Assembly: GCA_028023455.1 (NCBI GenBank)
Contig: JAQFVV010000003.1
Span: forward strand, 7,254,001 to 7,318,000
Source: Epiperipatus broadwayi
Taxonomy: Eukaryota > Animalia > Onychophora
Direction of reading: 5' to 3'
Length of the DNA stretch: 64,000 nucleotides
The notes under the pieces are model-generated. The model saw nothing but the letters and a program-made list of their open reading frames with translations, did no database searches and was not told where the DNA came from. Numbering within the stretch: the first letter of the stretch is position 1; each line of letters begins with the position of its first letter. The translations under genes were made by a program, and so were the position numbers. Shown here one piece after another: positions 37,483-50,460 of the stretch.

Positions 37483-38328
37483 TTATTTTAGATTTATTAG
37501 GGCCCAGGTTTGGTTGAATGTCCAATTCTGAGAAAATTTTTGGTCTAATTCTTTTATTTCTTTTAGTAATTGTAAAGACATTTTCATCATGTCATATTCT
37601 TCTCCACTCTTGAAGATAGTCTTATTTCTCAAAGACCAAATGGAAAAATTTATGAATGCTGCCAATCTTAAGACCCCAAAATATCCACTCTTGAAGGCCT
37701 TAGTCAAATTTACACAAGCTGATTCTTTGTTTTTAATGAAAGATTTAAAAGTGTTTCTTATGCTATTCCAAATTTGACACTCCTCCAATATATGTGCCAT
37801 TGTCTCATCTCTACGCCTACATAGTGTGCATATAGGGTCCAGATTATAATTCCTTTTACTATGTAGGAAGTCAGCAGTAGGCAAGGTCCCAAGGTTAACC
37901 TTGATTAAAAAATCAACAAACCTCGGTTCCAATTTTAGATGTTTGGTCAACCTGGAGAACCTCGGTATTCCAATCGAAAGAATATTGTCAATTTTAGTTT
38001 CTTCCAGATTCATAAGATCATATGTGTTCCAGTAGTTTAGTTTGTTATTAAACATTGTTCCTGGCTTCATTTTTAGATGGTTAAATACTATAGAGATTTG
38101 CTTTTGAATCCAAAGCCTTCCACTTTTGGAAAGTGGCCTATCGGTATGAGTTATTTCTTCTGGGAATATTGGCCCTTCCATATCTGGATTTTTCATAAAT
38201 AATCTGGTAAGTACATTATGAAAACACTGTATTAATAAGATTTTGATTGAGTGTAGTCCTATGCTGTTCATCTGTTTAGGTTTCTGTAGGAGGCACAGGC
38301 TGATGACAGGAGCTCCCCCCCCCAACAC
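37483..38328 (-). CDS. LINE ORF2 C-terminal part with zf-RVT zinc finger
   Basis: NLGTLPTADFL...CTLCRRRDETMAHILEEC...IWSLRNKTIF. Continues the RT ORF after a single frameshift. Confidence 0.85.
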   Translation of the reverse strand: MLGGGAPVISLCLLQKPKQMNSIGLHSIKILLIQCFHNVLTRLFMKNPDMEGPIFPEEITHTDRPLSKSGRLWIQKQISIVFNHLKMKPGTMFNNKLNYWNTYDLMNLEETKIDNILSIGIPRFSRLTKHLKLEPRFVDFLIKVNLGTLPTADFLHSKRNYNLDPICTLCRRRDETMAHILEECQIWNSIRNTFKSFIKNKESACVNLTKAFKSGYFGVLRLAAFINFSIWSLRNKTIFKSGEEYDMMKMSLQLLKEIKELDQKFSQNWTFNQTWALINLK

Positions 38329-39731
38329 AGCTTCCTACATTGGGTTTCGACATTCCTTATAAAGGCTTTCGTCGGTGAGAATCCTGCAAGGAAGTATGTA
38401 ATCTTGGGGAGCATGACAGCATTCATCAGTGCGATTTTCCCGAACAAAGACGAACAAATCTTCTCCAACGATCCAATAAATTTTGTTATCTTAGTCATTA
38501 AATCGTTTTCAATTTCCTTCCTCATTTTAGATGGGGAGGCCACTAGCTGAAAACCCAGGAACTTCTGAGGTGGAGCCTTAAATATGCCAGGAATTTGCTT
38601 GCCAGTCATAATCGACCAGATTGCCAACTTCTCCTTGTTGACTCTTAGACCATATTCACATTCGAATTGGTCCAAGAGCTTCTCTAGTCCAGCAAGCTCC
38701 TCCCGTGAAGCAAGAAAAACCACCACATCATCCATATAGGAGACATGATGGACCTTTTCTTTTAGCAAAGGTATGGATATCCCTTTAAGAGATGTCTCAA
38801 TGCCCAGCAGGAGGGGATTCACATAGGCAGTGAAAAGGAGTGCACTCAGAGGAGAGCCCTGAGGAATAGAAGCAACAGGCTTAAATCCTGGGGACACCCT
38901 CCCATCCAGAGACAAAAACACTTCCCTATTATACAGGAGGTTCTCTATGATCTGGAGGTAGGCAGCTGGTACTTTGAGTCCCTCCAGGATCTTCATGAGT
39001 GCGTCAACTCGAACGCAATCAAAAGCAGCAGCAAAATCGAGCTGAACTGCGATTGGCTGCGAGATCTTCTTCATGCGAATGTGGTCTATCAAAAGATGAA
39101 ATTGGCTCACAGCATTAGCCATTGAGCTCCCCTTTTTGGCAAACTGGCAATTGGACAGCTGATCAATTATAATATCTTGTATGTTGTTTTTGATTAGGGC
39201 TTCAACTGTCTTTACCAGTAAAGAGATCATTGATATTGGCCTGAGATTCCCCAGATTCCGAGGTCTTGCTAGTTTCTTAACCAGAAAAACCATGGCAATT
39301 GGGTTGATCCCTGGAAGTTCCTGGCAGCCATCAGCCAAAAGATCTGCCATTCTTTTAATGAGTGGTGCTGAGAAAGCACTTAAATGAAGCAGGAGGAATT
39401 TTGGGATTCCATGCAAGCCAGGATGTGTTTTGTCTGGCATCATCTTTAATTTATCAATAATTCTTTTTTCTGTGATTTTGTGGCTTGAATTTTTAATTAA
39501 ATTAAATTCTCTTCTTTCAATCATGATTCCACCTGGCTTAAACTTTTCAGCATAATGGTCACATATCCTAGCCAACATGGAAGACCCTTCATATAGGTTG
39601 CCATCTATATCAATCACTCTGGGTGCCTTGGCTTTTCTGCCAGCTCCAAGGGCCCACCTAAGATAGCCCCTGGTCCAGCAGTGCTGATGATATGCATAAG
39701 AAACCATTGTTTTAAAAATGTATATAAACAA
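38268..39731 (-). CDS. LINE ORF2 reverse transcriptase domain, uninterrupted 487 aa
   Basis: LRPISMIS, LDFAAAFDCV, IPQGSPLSALLF, SYMDD, GLRVNKEK, KFLG. Frameshift in a G9 run (38315-38323) into the next ORF. Confidence 0.88.
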   Translation of the reverse strand: MFIYIFKTMVSYAYHQHCWTRGYLRWALGAGRKAKAPRVIDIDGNLYEGSSMLARICDHYAEKFKPGGIMIERREFNLIKNSSHKITEKRIIDKLKMMPDKTHPGLHGIPKFLLLHLSAFSAPLIKRMADLLADGCQELPGINPIAMVFLVKKLARPRNLGNLRPISMISLLVKTVEALIKNNIQDIIIDQLSNCQFAKKGSSMANAVSQFHLLIDHIRMKKISQPIAVQLDFAAAFDCVRVDALMKILEGLKVPAAYLQIIENLLYNREVFLSLDGRVSPGFKPVASIPQGSPLSALLFTAYVNPLLLGIETSLKGISIPLLKEKVHHVSYMDDVVVFLASREELAGLEKLLDQFECEYGLRVNKEKLAIWSIMTGKQIPGIFKAPPQKFLGFQLVASPSKMRKEIENDLMTKITKFIGSLEKICSSLFGKIALMNAVMLPKITYFLAGFSPTKAFIRNVETQCRKLCWGGELLSSACASYRNLNR

Positions 39732-42700
39732 ATTTTTTATGGTAATGTTTTTTTATCTAAATAAAGTCCTTGTGACAGTCAAATACAGTCCAGTACTATG
39801 CAAAAATTTAAAATAGGGTGAGAATTGAATATCTTTGTGCCATAGTTGATTATTCTTATCATCAACAACAAAATCACTACTTCCAATAATAAACATTCAA
39901 TTTTTTGAAGAAATTGGTACAATAATAATATCCCATGAGAAATAAAAGCATTTATGTCTAAACTTTCAGAATATAATTTTGGAGTATATGAGTACAGAGC
40001 TCCTATGAAAATCATCTTTCAATATTATGAGCCTTTCATCGATATATTTAGAAAATTCAAAAATATTAGATATCAAACTTTACAGACAAGCCAACAGTAT
40101 GTAACCTCTTTTCCCTTGATGATCTTGTAAGATAACCTTCACTAAGAGTAGCTTTATTAGTATAAATTCCATGTGTCTGTATTTAGAAAAATAATCAAAT
40201 GCTTCTACTAGTAGCACTATCTCTTGTTTTATTGCCATTATTATTATTGACACTATAACAATTCCCTCTGTTTGCATAAATAATCCATTAGACCAAGCAA
40301 TAATTAGATAAATTTTGTAGGAATTCATATTACAACCATCTTCCAAATTTGAGAAAGGCAGGGAATCCCTAATTAGGATTGTTCAAACATATAAAGCATA
40401 CAATCATTTGTTAAATGAAACTGTTCCAAATTCCATTACAAATTGACTCATTATTGATTATACTATATTGTGAGTGATTATCATTAAAGACTGACAGTTT
40501 GGTGAAACTGTGCCCATCATTGGTTTCTCATATATGATGAGTTAGTACATTTAAATACTCAAAGATATTGCATCCTTACAAAACAAAGACTAGAGTCAGA
40601 ATTGCTATATATGTTTTTGAAGGATATAAATCTGATTTTATATATATACCAATTTCCTTAGCTCTTAATCTACACAGATGATTGATGATAGAAAATCTGA
40701 AATAATTGAGATGTAATAAATCCAATTTTGTTTCCATTTTTATGACAGATGTTTTTTTTTAATAATTTATAAATGGATTTGTGAATCAGACATAAGTGTG
40801 CAAAATATATTTCAAAAAGAGATTTTTAATTTGAACTAATTGAAGGCAAGAACTTCATTGTTCTAAAAATACAAGCTTTTTATCAGTCAATGAAGAAAAA
40901 AAAAGAAAGATGACTTAGATGTTGAAGTGTAACAAACTTTGATATACATCTATTAAATATAATAAGTTAAAAGGTAGATCTTTCATTATAATATCATAAT
41001 GATTACAACTAAGTTAGATATTATATGTAAAATTATTATTTTTCTTAATTTATTGCAATGGAAGTAAAACATGGATAAAGAGATTAGAAAGTTTTCATTT
41101 ACAAATGCTCTGTAAAAAATTTAAAAGTACGATGGTAAGATCATAAAACCAATTAGTTATCTTGTTTAATTTGGTGGATGTCATACCACTTAATAACCTA
41201 TTATTGTAAGGGCCCATCTTCAATGGATTAGATATGTAAAGAAAATAAATATTAACAAACTTCTTTAAAAAAGTATTTCATAGTAAACTTGAAAATCATT
41301 TACATAGGAAAGCCAAATACCATTTGTATTATAAAGACTATTTCAAACACAGTCCAAAAATGCAGTATTATTTGCTTTCACTTAGAAGATAGACCTGAGG
41401 TTAAATACAATGGGGTATTACATGTAAACAAATAGAAGTTGTTTTTTTTTAAAAAAAAAAAAAGAAGAAGAAATAGAGTTCTCTGATAAAGAAGCTTAAA
41501 GATTACATGGTAAGGTATCAAACAAATGTATTAAAGAACAACATATGTAGAAAAATATTTGAATGAATAGTCATTACAAAAATTCAAATTTAATTTTTTA
41601 ATTGCCTTCCTATCTTTGTTCCTACTTCCCCAATTTTCTGGAATAAGAATTATCATCTTTTTTATAAGAGATTGCTATTGATAATGATGGAAAAAAAAAA
41701 AATATGATAAAGCAAATAAAAAACATTTATATTTTGATTTATTATTAGTAGCTAAAACAATTTGAAACTTTTATAGAAGATGATACTAGGCTAATCAACT
41801 TTTAGTTGATGAGAGTTTACAGTTATAACTATGACCAAAAATATGAATTTGGGCTGGTTGAAAGTTAAAATTTTTTCATGTCATAAGGAAATCTAGAATT
41901 TTTTTTAGATGCTCTATATTTACTTCAGATAATGACTTAGAGAATACAGGTCTTAAATTAATCTGAATATATTAGATGAATATCATAAATTACCTATAAA
42001 AATAAAAATAAAATCATGTGACCTTTACTATTACTGGAAAAGATATTCCTAAAGGTACCAATATAATAATTTTTTTGTTTAATCATCTAGTTAAAAATAA
42101 TAAATATAAAAAATATTTTTTAAAAAAGGGGTTTATTTAATTTGAAAAGTTACACAACAAAAAACACTAAAAAAAACTTTTTTAACTACAATTTTGTTTC
42201 TTACATGTAATTTTAAATAAAGTGTGGGGTATCCATAAATTAATTAATTCAATCATTATTACATAAAAAGTGGTGATTGAATTAATTAATTTATAGACAC
42301 TTCACATTTAAAGTTACATGTAACAATCAAAATGCAGTTCAAGAAAAAAAAATTGTTGTTTTTAGTGCATTATCATCAAATTAAATGAAAATATTTTTAT
42401 AATTTTTTTTTTTTTTTAATATTTGAATCTATCCTATATCACTTCAATTTTTCATAATTGTTTGTCCCAATGAGAAAAGCTATTTATATTCAATTTTAAA
42501 AACTGAGAATGTAAGCAATGTCACCATATTTCTAATATTTCTAAATTATATTTGCATATGTTAAATCTCAGTTCCAAGATTATTGTATTTATAAAGGGGA
42601 TGATTTGAAAAAACAAGTTTTAGGTAGGCAATCAAGACAAATTAAAATTTCACCATTATTTCTTTTTCTTCCTATTTTGATTAACTTTTTAATGCAATAG

Positions 42701-43990
42701 TCATGAAATTAAATGAAAGCATTTTTAAAAAGATAGCACTATCATATAAGTTATCAAACTGATGTAGTTCACCAACATTATCAATTTTTCAAAATCCTTT
42801 TTTCCAAATTCATTTTTTCACATAAACAGAAAAGCTATTCCTATTCAAATGCAATATATATATATATATATGAATCTAAAAAATGTCAGTTTGATAGATG
42901 TAATTTAAAAATTTGTTGCACATTTTTGTTTTCATTAAGATATTAATTTTAAAAAGCAAGTTTTGTATAAACAATTCAAAGGGAAATTAAGATTTCATCA
43001 TTTATTTCTTTTTTTTTTTCTATTTTAATTAACTGAAACACCCCTAAAATTTCTTTTTCAAATTAAATCAAAGTGTTTGCTTTAAAAATATCACACTGTC
43101 TATTGTCCCATAAGTTTGAAATGTACCTGACAACATTGTTAGGCTGAACAACTCTGAAACATTGCATTGTTGTAGTAACATTGTCATCAAAGCTGAAGGT
43201 ATGTAAAAAATTTGAAGCAAATATTTTTAGTAGAAATAGGTTATGGGATGACTATCTTTTAAAAAAAATTCTAATCTTGTTGAAGAGTTATAAATATGTG
43301 AATATTGTGCTCTAAATGATAATAACATAGTATTGATTTTATGACTTTTTTAATAATTGATATTTATAGTAAATATTAATTGTGTTTAATTGTATTAAAA
43401 TTAGCAAATTTTTGTATTCTGAATGCTTCAATCCAATTTGTGCACTTTACACCATTGATAAAGATAAAATAGCTTAAATAGCCTACTTCAGGGCAAAGAT
43501 CTCTCAAACAGACCTCGTAAAGATATTGTATTTTCTCATTTCTATGTGATATTTTAAATTGTTTTTTATTGTTTAGTAAATAGAACCAATATCAGATAGT
43601 TAGCTAAGTTGATTATGGGGCATCTATCTGAAAGAACAATCTCACACCTCATCAAAAATGCAAGTTTAACTAGAACAGATTTAAGACACAACCCAGATCA
43701 TAGAGACAAAAGACAGATACATTAATATTATTTCAAGATGCTTATTGTATGATGTAAAAAAATTAAATGAAAAAAAAAATCTTAGTGCTTTTAATTAGGC
43801 CAATCCATTATTATAAGACTGTTAAATCTATCTAGTATGTATTATAAGAAGATAAAAAGATATATGTTGGAAAAGACTACGTGAACTAAGTTTATATTGA
43901 TATTAAAAATGTGGAATTTTATATTACATTATGTGTGCTTACTTATATCAGATGCTTATGGGTATTATTAAGTTATTTAAAAATATACAA

Positions 43991-44252
43991 AGGCAAAACT
44001 CTCCCTACAGTAGTGCCACTCAGTGCAAGCCCGAGTAATCAATGGATGTAGGAAGGTTTGTGCATAAAATCCCTATCTAATGCCTAATCATCCAATATTC
44101 CCAGACTAGTTTATAGCTTGTGGCTTTCATCAATGAGGAACTTTGGATCTGAGAGCACTGCACCTAGATAGGGATTGTATGCACAAATCTTCCTGCATCC
44201 ATGGATTACTCTCACTTGCACTGAATGTGCTACTGTCTGGAGAGTTTTACCT
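43991..44252. mobile_element. Foldback element: ~90-bp TIRs around a decayed hammerhead-like core
   Basis: Arms 43991-44079 and 44165-44252 are about 80% complementary. The minus-strand core at 44098-44140 reads cctca TTGATGA aagccacaagcta TAAAC TA GTC tggga. Confidence 0.75.
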
Positions 44253-46849
44253 CTGTTAAAAACAGTTGTGTAGCGTAAAGAGTGATGATCTTGTGATACT
44301 AGTTTCAGTCTATGATTTGTCAAAACTTGAAAATTTAGTAAATCATTAACCTGATTTACTAATCAAAGTTATAGTTTTTTATACCAGTGAAACAATAAGT
44401 TTTTTATAAGTGATAATAAGGACAGAATATTGTTTCGGTACATCACCGCACCCACACACACATACATTTAAAAGAGAAAGCGGCATTCAGAGTGTAATGG
44501 TAAATGTGTAAAGCTGTCCATGTCATACTATCAACCTATGCCCTCACATTGTAGTTCAACAAGAGAATTATTTACAAGGACAATAATTCCATCTTTATTG
44601 AATTATTAATATAAAATTATATATTCATTGCAAATATAGTTTGTAGGTATAATTGCTTATTACTATTATTATAGCACAGGTGTTTTATTTGGATCTCACC
44701 TATTATCATGGCAATATTAGCAATGAGTAATAGAAAATAATAGAAGCAGATGTACCACCAGGTGCTAAAGTTAGAAGAAGCGAGCATAAAAAAAAAGATA
44801 CCAATCGTGTGCCAAATAAGTTTATATTTAAAATCAAAAACAATAAATAAAAGTTTTAGAACCTCGTCAATACATCTTGTATTTAAAATCAAAACATGTT
44901 TTTTTTTAATTATTTTACACGTTAAACATAGAATGAAAATAAAAGAAAGCAATATAAAAAAAATACGAAGCAATTGTTCTGATCTCTTTCATCCAGGCTT
45001 CATTTTGCAAAATTATTTATTATTTTATTTTAATACCAATAAAAATAATATGGATCAACTTTTATTAAAGGAAAGAACTAAGTAATTAAAATTAAATTGT
45101 TGGAAGCCGATAGTTGAGAAGAGAAGCTCCCTCCCCTCCTCCTAGGTAAACCTCAGATGGCAGGTCAGATTCACTTGAAATTGTATTTTACATATATTTT
45201 GTCCAAAAAATCCTTCGTTTTAATACACAGGCAAATATATTTTTTTTATTCAGAGCATGAATTGAAATTAACAATACGTTGTAAAGAGCTAAATTAAATA
45301 AAATTTCGTAAATTTGAAAAATCATTTGTATATACAGAAGAGTTCATTGTATATAACTTTAAACATGTTACAATAAATGATATTCTAGTAAATTAAAAAA
45401 AAATCGAATGGTTTATCACTTGAATGTTCATAAGAAATTGAGTAGCGGAAATATCAAAATTAAATTGCGATCCATGGATTTTGACCAATTTTGAGCTCGA
45501 GTTTGCCATTCTACCACAGCAACAACATGCAAGTCAGTATTTCAACGATATTATGTAAGCGCAAGATTGCCAATGACTATAGAGAGCTAATTTATGCATA
45601 CATTTAAATGAACCATATTATAAAACGAATAGTGTACAGATACCTTATATTATTTTATTCGATAATTGTTTTTTTATACATTTATAAACAAAAATGATTT
45701 CTTCATCAAGTTTAAGACCGCTGGATTATTTATAATAATAAAAATCTTTAGAATATAAATGAGAAATGATATTTGAATATATTAAATAACATTTGCCATT
45801 CAACTGCATTTTTAATACTTTGGTGTTTTAATAATACAACATCTGATTTTAATAATCCATTATTAAAAGTAATTTGAGATGTCAAAATATGTAAATTAGC
45901 TTCTTGTTATTTAAAATACCTCATTTCACAACAATAAACAGCAATTCTACAATCTTCGCAAATATAATTTAATTTTCCGGTTGAGAAAGATCTTTGCTGC
46001 TATCAAATAACAGACTAAAGATAAACTTTTCATATAGAAAAATTTTAAAGAGGGTTTCAGTTTTAGCCAAATGATTTTTAAAGTATCTATATTTTACTCC
46101 AGATTGCTCTGAATAAACGCTCACAATAATAATATAAAAAAATAACAATAATTTACAGTAACAAAATCTTCTAATTAACTCTAAATACAATTAAGTTAAT
46201 GAAAATTAATTAAAATATTTTAATCAGATTTACTTTTTTAAATATGTAATTCACTTAAAATAAATTTGAAATTAATTATCTTTTCTACAATCTATTGTTT
46301 TATTTTTATATATACATTCATCACACATAAATACCAAATATATATATATATAAATCAATGTGGGTGGTGTGCACGCGCTGGCTCAGTTCGCATTCATAAA
46401 TGTCTAGTGCCTAATCTAAAAAATGATTGTATGAGTGAGAGTGGGGGCGAAAGAAGTAGATAATAGAAGCTTACAAAAAATACATTAAAAAACTTCCTAT
46501 ATAACATTCATCATCCCCTAGTATAATGTATCGATGAATATGATCCAAATATCCTAGTGATGTCAGGCATCTTAAGAAACAATAGTATTATTATTATTAG
46601 CTATTGTCAAGTGGACAGTGGTTAATTCCTGATGATGTTATAAATAACATAGTGATCTATTATCTGTCATTTTTTTAGACTGCTAAAAAACATATTCCTT
46701 ATTGTGATCATGGAGTTCATACATCTTATACTCATGTTCTTTTAATATCACTTTTTCCACGAATTATACAATTTTCTAATGAATTAAGTTATCCTACAGT
46801 ATGACCAAATTAAGACAAAATAAAAGTTCATGTCTAATCTGATCCAAAA

Positions 46850-47400
46850 CCCAAATGTTTATTTTCCTAGTTGTCTACACTCTACAATATCAAAGGTTTT
46901 GGCAATGCATTAATACTTTTCTTACCATTCTTCTTCAGCAATTATATAAAATACCATAGCTTGAATAATTATACCAAAACAGCATCATGACTTCTTTAGT
47001 TTACATCTAATATTTGCATTATCAGCAACAATTCATTATATAACATTCTATGGCTATTTAAATAAGTATGAGTCATCAAGAAATACATTAACCCAATTTA
47101 ATATATTAAAAATGCAAAAGCTGTTGCTGGATAAATATATACAGTCATTGCTTTTTACTGACAAAAGCCAAAAATCAACATCTAGTTTCATGACTATTTG
47201 GCATTACCATCTGATACCCACTAATAACTCATTCTCATATGATTCTAAAGCATAATGATATCAAAAGATTACTGTTGATAAACCAAGCTGAACAATTTGA
47301 TATCCATTATTAAAATTGTATTCTTTCATGTAAAAATCTTTTTCAGACTTTTCAGGATAACTTTCACTTATATTATGATTAATATTTTTATTTTGAGTTC
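46850..47400 (-). mobile_element. Possible decayed hAT-type transposase relic
   Basis: Minus-strand IVADNANIRCKL resembles the hAT TDNAANM motif. Many stops. Confidence 0.25.
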
Positions 47401-48689
47401 TTTGATGCTGTGAATACTTTAAAAATTGTTGATGAATTTTATGTCTTCACCATAAATTTTAAAGCCACAGTTATTATTATTATAATTGTTGATTTTATAT
47501 TTGATCATAATATATTTTTGTTCTATAATCACCACTGCTCTCTTATGTGTGATCAGTGATAAGTCACATATCTTTAGGAGATAGTACTTTAGTCACTCTA
47601 TTCTACTGGTAAATGGTCATTCATGTTTAAGATCAAAATATTAACAATGAACTCAAGTTTTCCCTAGAAGCATTACAGTCATTGTTCTGTATGAAGGGTC
47701 ATTTGTGAATTTAACTATAAATATCCTAGTGAATTCAAGCACTCAATAATCTCATTAGTTTGAGGATAACTATAAACCTATGAGTTATATTATAATTATA
47801 TACTTTGTAATGATTCATCAAATCTCTTAAAAAGACTTTCAGTTGTATTAAAATTTCTAATTAATGATTACCTAAAAGTATCATTTTTATTGGTGGACCA
47901 TTAGTCACATCAAACCAACTTTTCCTCAAAAGCCTAACATTTATATATTATCTAATACTAACAACTTCTAAAATTAGAACAAACTTAAAGAAATAAGATA
48001 TTCTAATGCAACTCTTAGCTAAGCACAACCCAGGCAAAATTAAAGTATGGACTACCTGCCCATAGGATTAAAACAATGTTCTCAGCATTGATGAAGGTCA
48101 TATTACGATGTTATTTTTAATTACAGCCAGTATATTAGCACTCATTTAAATAAATTCAGATTAATCTGTAACTTTTACCTTCTCATAAAGGTGATTAGAT
48201 ATCTATTTACAAATTAAAACATAAGTTGATTGTGGGCTGATTACCTTGCCTTAGAAATCTAAATCTATTTGAAGAAAATCTAATTCTACATACATGTATA
48301 AAATTTTCAAGTTCCAGACAAAATTGTATAACTATTATGTACTTTATTCTAAATCAGTAATAATTCTGGCTTTATAAAATCCAATTTTTTCTTCTGATAT
48401 ATACTAAGAATATTAAATATTTTTATAATATTAGTAATTTAGTAGCAATTTAAATAATTTATGAAAGTACACATTCAATATCATATACATTAATTTTAAA
48501 ATTTTGGCAGAACATTGTAAGGTAGTACAATTTACACTTTGAAAAAAAAAAAAATAATTTTATACAATTTTAAATGTCATACTAACAAAATAACAGTTAT
48601 ATTACGTGTAGATATTAAAATGTAATGAGTATAAATAACTACATATATAATTTTAAAAGTTGTTTCTTATTACATTCTGTAACTATCTG

Positions 48690-48820
48690 CAGTGAGCTTG
48701 AGTAATGAATGTACACTAGATGATAGTGCTAATATAGCCATTTCTCCAGACTAGTTTATGTCTTATGGCCTTCATCAGTAAAAAGCTTAGATGTAATGCA
48801 GTTATGCATCTAGTAATAAT
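48690..48820 (-). mobile_element. Copy of the foldback/hammerhead-like family
   Basis: Minus strand CTGATGA aggccataagaca TAAAC TA GTC tggag (48743-48780). Upstream agcttgagtaat matches the TIR. Confidence 0.6.
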
Positions 48821-49009
48821 CTTTGATTTCTTTAGAAATGAAAAAAAAATACTTAAAGACTCTGAAACCAAACCTACTTACATGAACAATCATATAGATC
48901 TGATATTAGGCCAGCAATGGCATATATATCTAAGTAATCTCAATTTCCATATCAATTTGCATTAAATGCTTTAAGGTTCCAATTTAGTAGGATAATTTAA
49001 AAGAGTTAG

Positions 49010-49095
49010 AAATGGTTGCTAGATGCATATATGTTGTAAGTCCAGCACAAGATACTAGCTCAACATTGAAAATGACCAGAAACTAGTCTGGTATC
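49010..49095 (+). mobile_element. Copy of the foldback/hammerhead-like family
   Basis: ctagatgcata...ttgaaaa tgacca GAAAC TA GTC tggt. Confidence 0.45.
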
Positions 49096-49349
49096 ATGAA
49101 CATTTAATGCTCACTAATCATTTATAGTTTATAATAGATGGCTCTAAAATGAAATGAAAAGAATTTCTCTTGAAAGCATATGTTGAGTGTAAGCAAAGAA
49201 AATCACAAGATATTTTATTGATAACACTCACATATTTGAATTTAGTAAATACTCACATGTTCTTCCCCCTACCCCTTTTTATAAAACTATCATCTGATAC
49301 TTTATATCATCTGCTTAGCATATCTAATTAGTCTGATCCAATTATTATT

Positions 49350-49830
49350 ATCATCAATATTCTGCAAAAAAGATAGGCCTCTTAACCAGATCATTGTATT
49401 CCAACCATCTTTCCTTAACTCCTGAAATACTAATAATTATTTTCTAGCTTAAGATATTCAACTGACACCTTTCGTATCTTATCCCTTTTTCTTACAAGTA
49501 CATAATTTCTCTTCCTCTAAATACATGCCCAATTCAACTCCTCTTCTTATTCAAATCTTTTCAAAAAATATTTCACTTACTCATTTTTTATTCTTCTGCA
49601 AATCCATCTCTCTAAAACATTAATCCTTTCTTCTTACTTTTCCTAATTGTTTACATTTCTAATTTTATAAAACCACACTTTAAACAAAGCATTTTAACAA
49701 AGCTCCTTTTATGAATATAATTACATAGAATAATATCCCACTTTTTAGAAGTCTAATTTAGCTCCAGTTCTCAGTCAAGTATACTCTTCTTTTTTTTAAT
49801 CTAATTACAAACCTATTCTCCATTTTCTAT
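49350..49830 (-). mobile_element. Decayed RTE-like LINE 3' coding relic
   Basis: Minus strand RINVLER-WICRRI and GHVFR remnants, typical of the RTE ORF C-terminus. Confidence 0.45.
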
Positions 49831-49876
49831 TAACCTTATAAGCATTTATTTTATAACGTCTTGCGTGCGATTATAA

Positions 49877-50084
49877 TTACATAGAATGACAGCCTGTTAA
49901 GCTAAATTTTGCAGATGCTGTGAGAATGTTGTTAATAAATGAATACCTTCGAACAACCACATGATATAGTATTTTACTCTTATATAAATACTATATCATG
50001 TGGTTGTTCGAAGGTATTCATTTATTAACAACATTCTCACAGCGTCTGCGCAATTTAGCTTAACAGGCTGTCATTCTATCGTAA
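49877..50084. mobile_element. ~200-bp near-perfect palindrome (hairpin MITE)
   Basis: Arms of about 94 bp (49881-49974 and 49986-50079), about 3 mismatches, ~11-nt loop, TA-like flanks. Confidence 0.9.
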
Positions 50085-50224
50085 CTATTAACCTTATATT
50101 AAAATTTTATATAGAAAATTATAAAGAAAACTAAATTTTGCTCACCCAGAGCGAATTTAATAGAATGACTCATCTATAAGTAGTAAATAAAATAACGTTA
50201 AAATGTAATGAGAGTGAATTTCTT

Positions 50225-50460
50225 CGAGGAGTAATTCTCATTTCTCTATGTCTGTATTATCTAGTATAATCTTAATAATCAATGAACCCTAGATAATAAT
50301 GCTCTTATATTTAAAATGTCTAGACTAGTTTCTCGCTTAGGTCTTTGTAATTGAGGAACTAATGAATTTTTTAACTCGAGTCATTTTTAATCCATTTATA
50401 CTATCAAATTAAAAAGTCTAAAATTTTACTCATTACTCAAGCTTACAATAAATGGCTTTG
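50225..50460 (-). mobile_element. Old full-length copy of the foldback/hammerhead-like family
   Basis: gagtaat and attactcaagc arms, with core agactagtttctcgctt...tgaggaact (GAAACTAGTC on the minus strand). Confidence 0.5.

Larger units (their letters stand above)
37285..40400 (-). mobile_element. Tx1/L1-clade LINE (decayed APE, RT, zf-RVT, 3' UTR with AATAAA)
   Basis: APE remnants (EIVLLVE, RLIILK, IGALY, LDCI*LSQ) at 39.76-40.35 kb, an RT ORF, a C-terminal CxxC...H...C domain and an AATAAA at 37307-37312 (minus). Confidence 0.88.

Noticed and set aside
41100-41420. Penelope GIY-YIG remnant (YIGK)
   Set aside because: Only a 4-residue motif in AT-rich sequence, with no supporting RT motifs.
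44679-44830. SH2-like YYHGNISNE...PPGAKVRRSE
   Set aside because: Two adjacent stops, no FLVR motif, and any intron would be about 19 nt. A chance resemblance cannot be excluded.
46625-46660. Other CTGATGA hits (also 7554, 11424, 30640, 39684)
   Set aside because: Each lacks a correctly placed GAAA or stem II, or lacks stem I pairing.
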